Shown here in pieces: positions 28,466-28,517 of a DNA stretch of 28,517 bases. The DNA is from Campylobacterota bacterium (GTDB taxonomy: Bacteria > Campylobacterota > Campylobacteria > Campylobacterales > Sulfurimonadaceae), in contig JAYEKO010000089.1 in the NCBI GenBank assembly GCA_034661055.1, forward strand, positions 1-28,517. The letters are read 5' to 3'. Below the pieces are notes generated by a model. The model had not been told where the DNA came from. It did no database searches and saw only the letters and a list, made by a program, of their open reading frames with translations. Position numbers and translations under genes: made by a program. Every line of letters starts with the position of its first letter. Position 1 is the stretch's first letter.

Positions 28466-28517
28466 ACAAACGATGAGTCAATCGAAAGAGAGACAGTAGA
28501 AAGACTTCGAGTTGAAG

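Overview
AT-rich chromosomal window whose gene content and order fit Campylobacterota, most likely a Sulfurimonas-like sulfur chemolithotroph (inferred, no search run). From left to right: a truncated secreted protein preceded by an 11-bp-period direct repeat, directly downstream of a 7TM-DISM/HisKA_2 two-component system; the core block lapB-like, rnhA, rnc, aroC; a YfeY/DUF1131-like lipoprotein coupled to a beta-propeller plus helical-repeat protein; a ~7.5 kb same-strand sulfur-redox cluster (Tat-signal type II-like SQR, lipoprotein cytochrome c, cytochrome b/diheme cytochrome c fusion, psrABC-type molybdoenzyme); pyrG-recJ; a Kef-type antiporter; secG-frr-pyrE-HDOD; znuACB-bioC; a ThiD2-like gene; yccA. 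The right edge carries a consensus sigma70 promoter with a GC-rich discriminator, probably an rRNA operon promoter. No CRISPR array, tRNA, transposase or integrase was seen. The best leads are the SQR-to-Psr cluster, the two-component system with its candidate operator and target, a 14-bp perfect inverted repeat containing a leaderless-type promoter, and the propeller plus solenoid protein.
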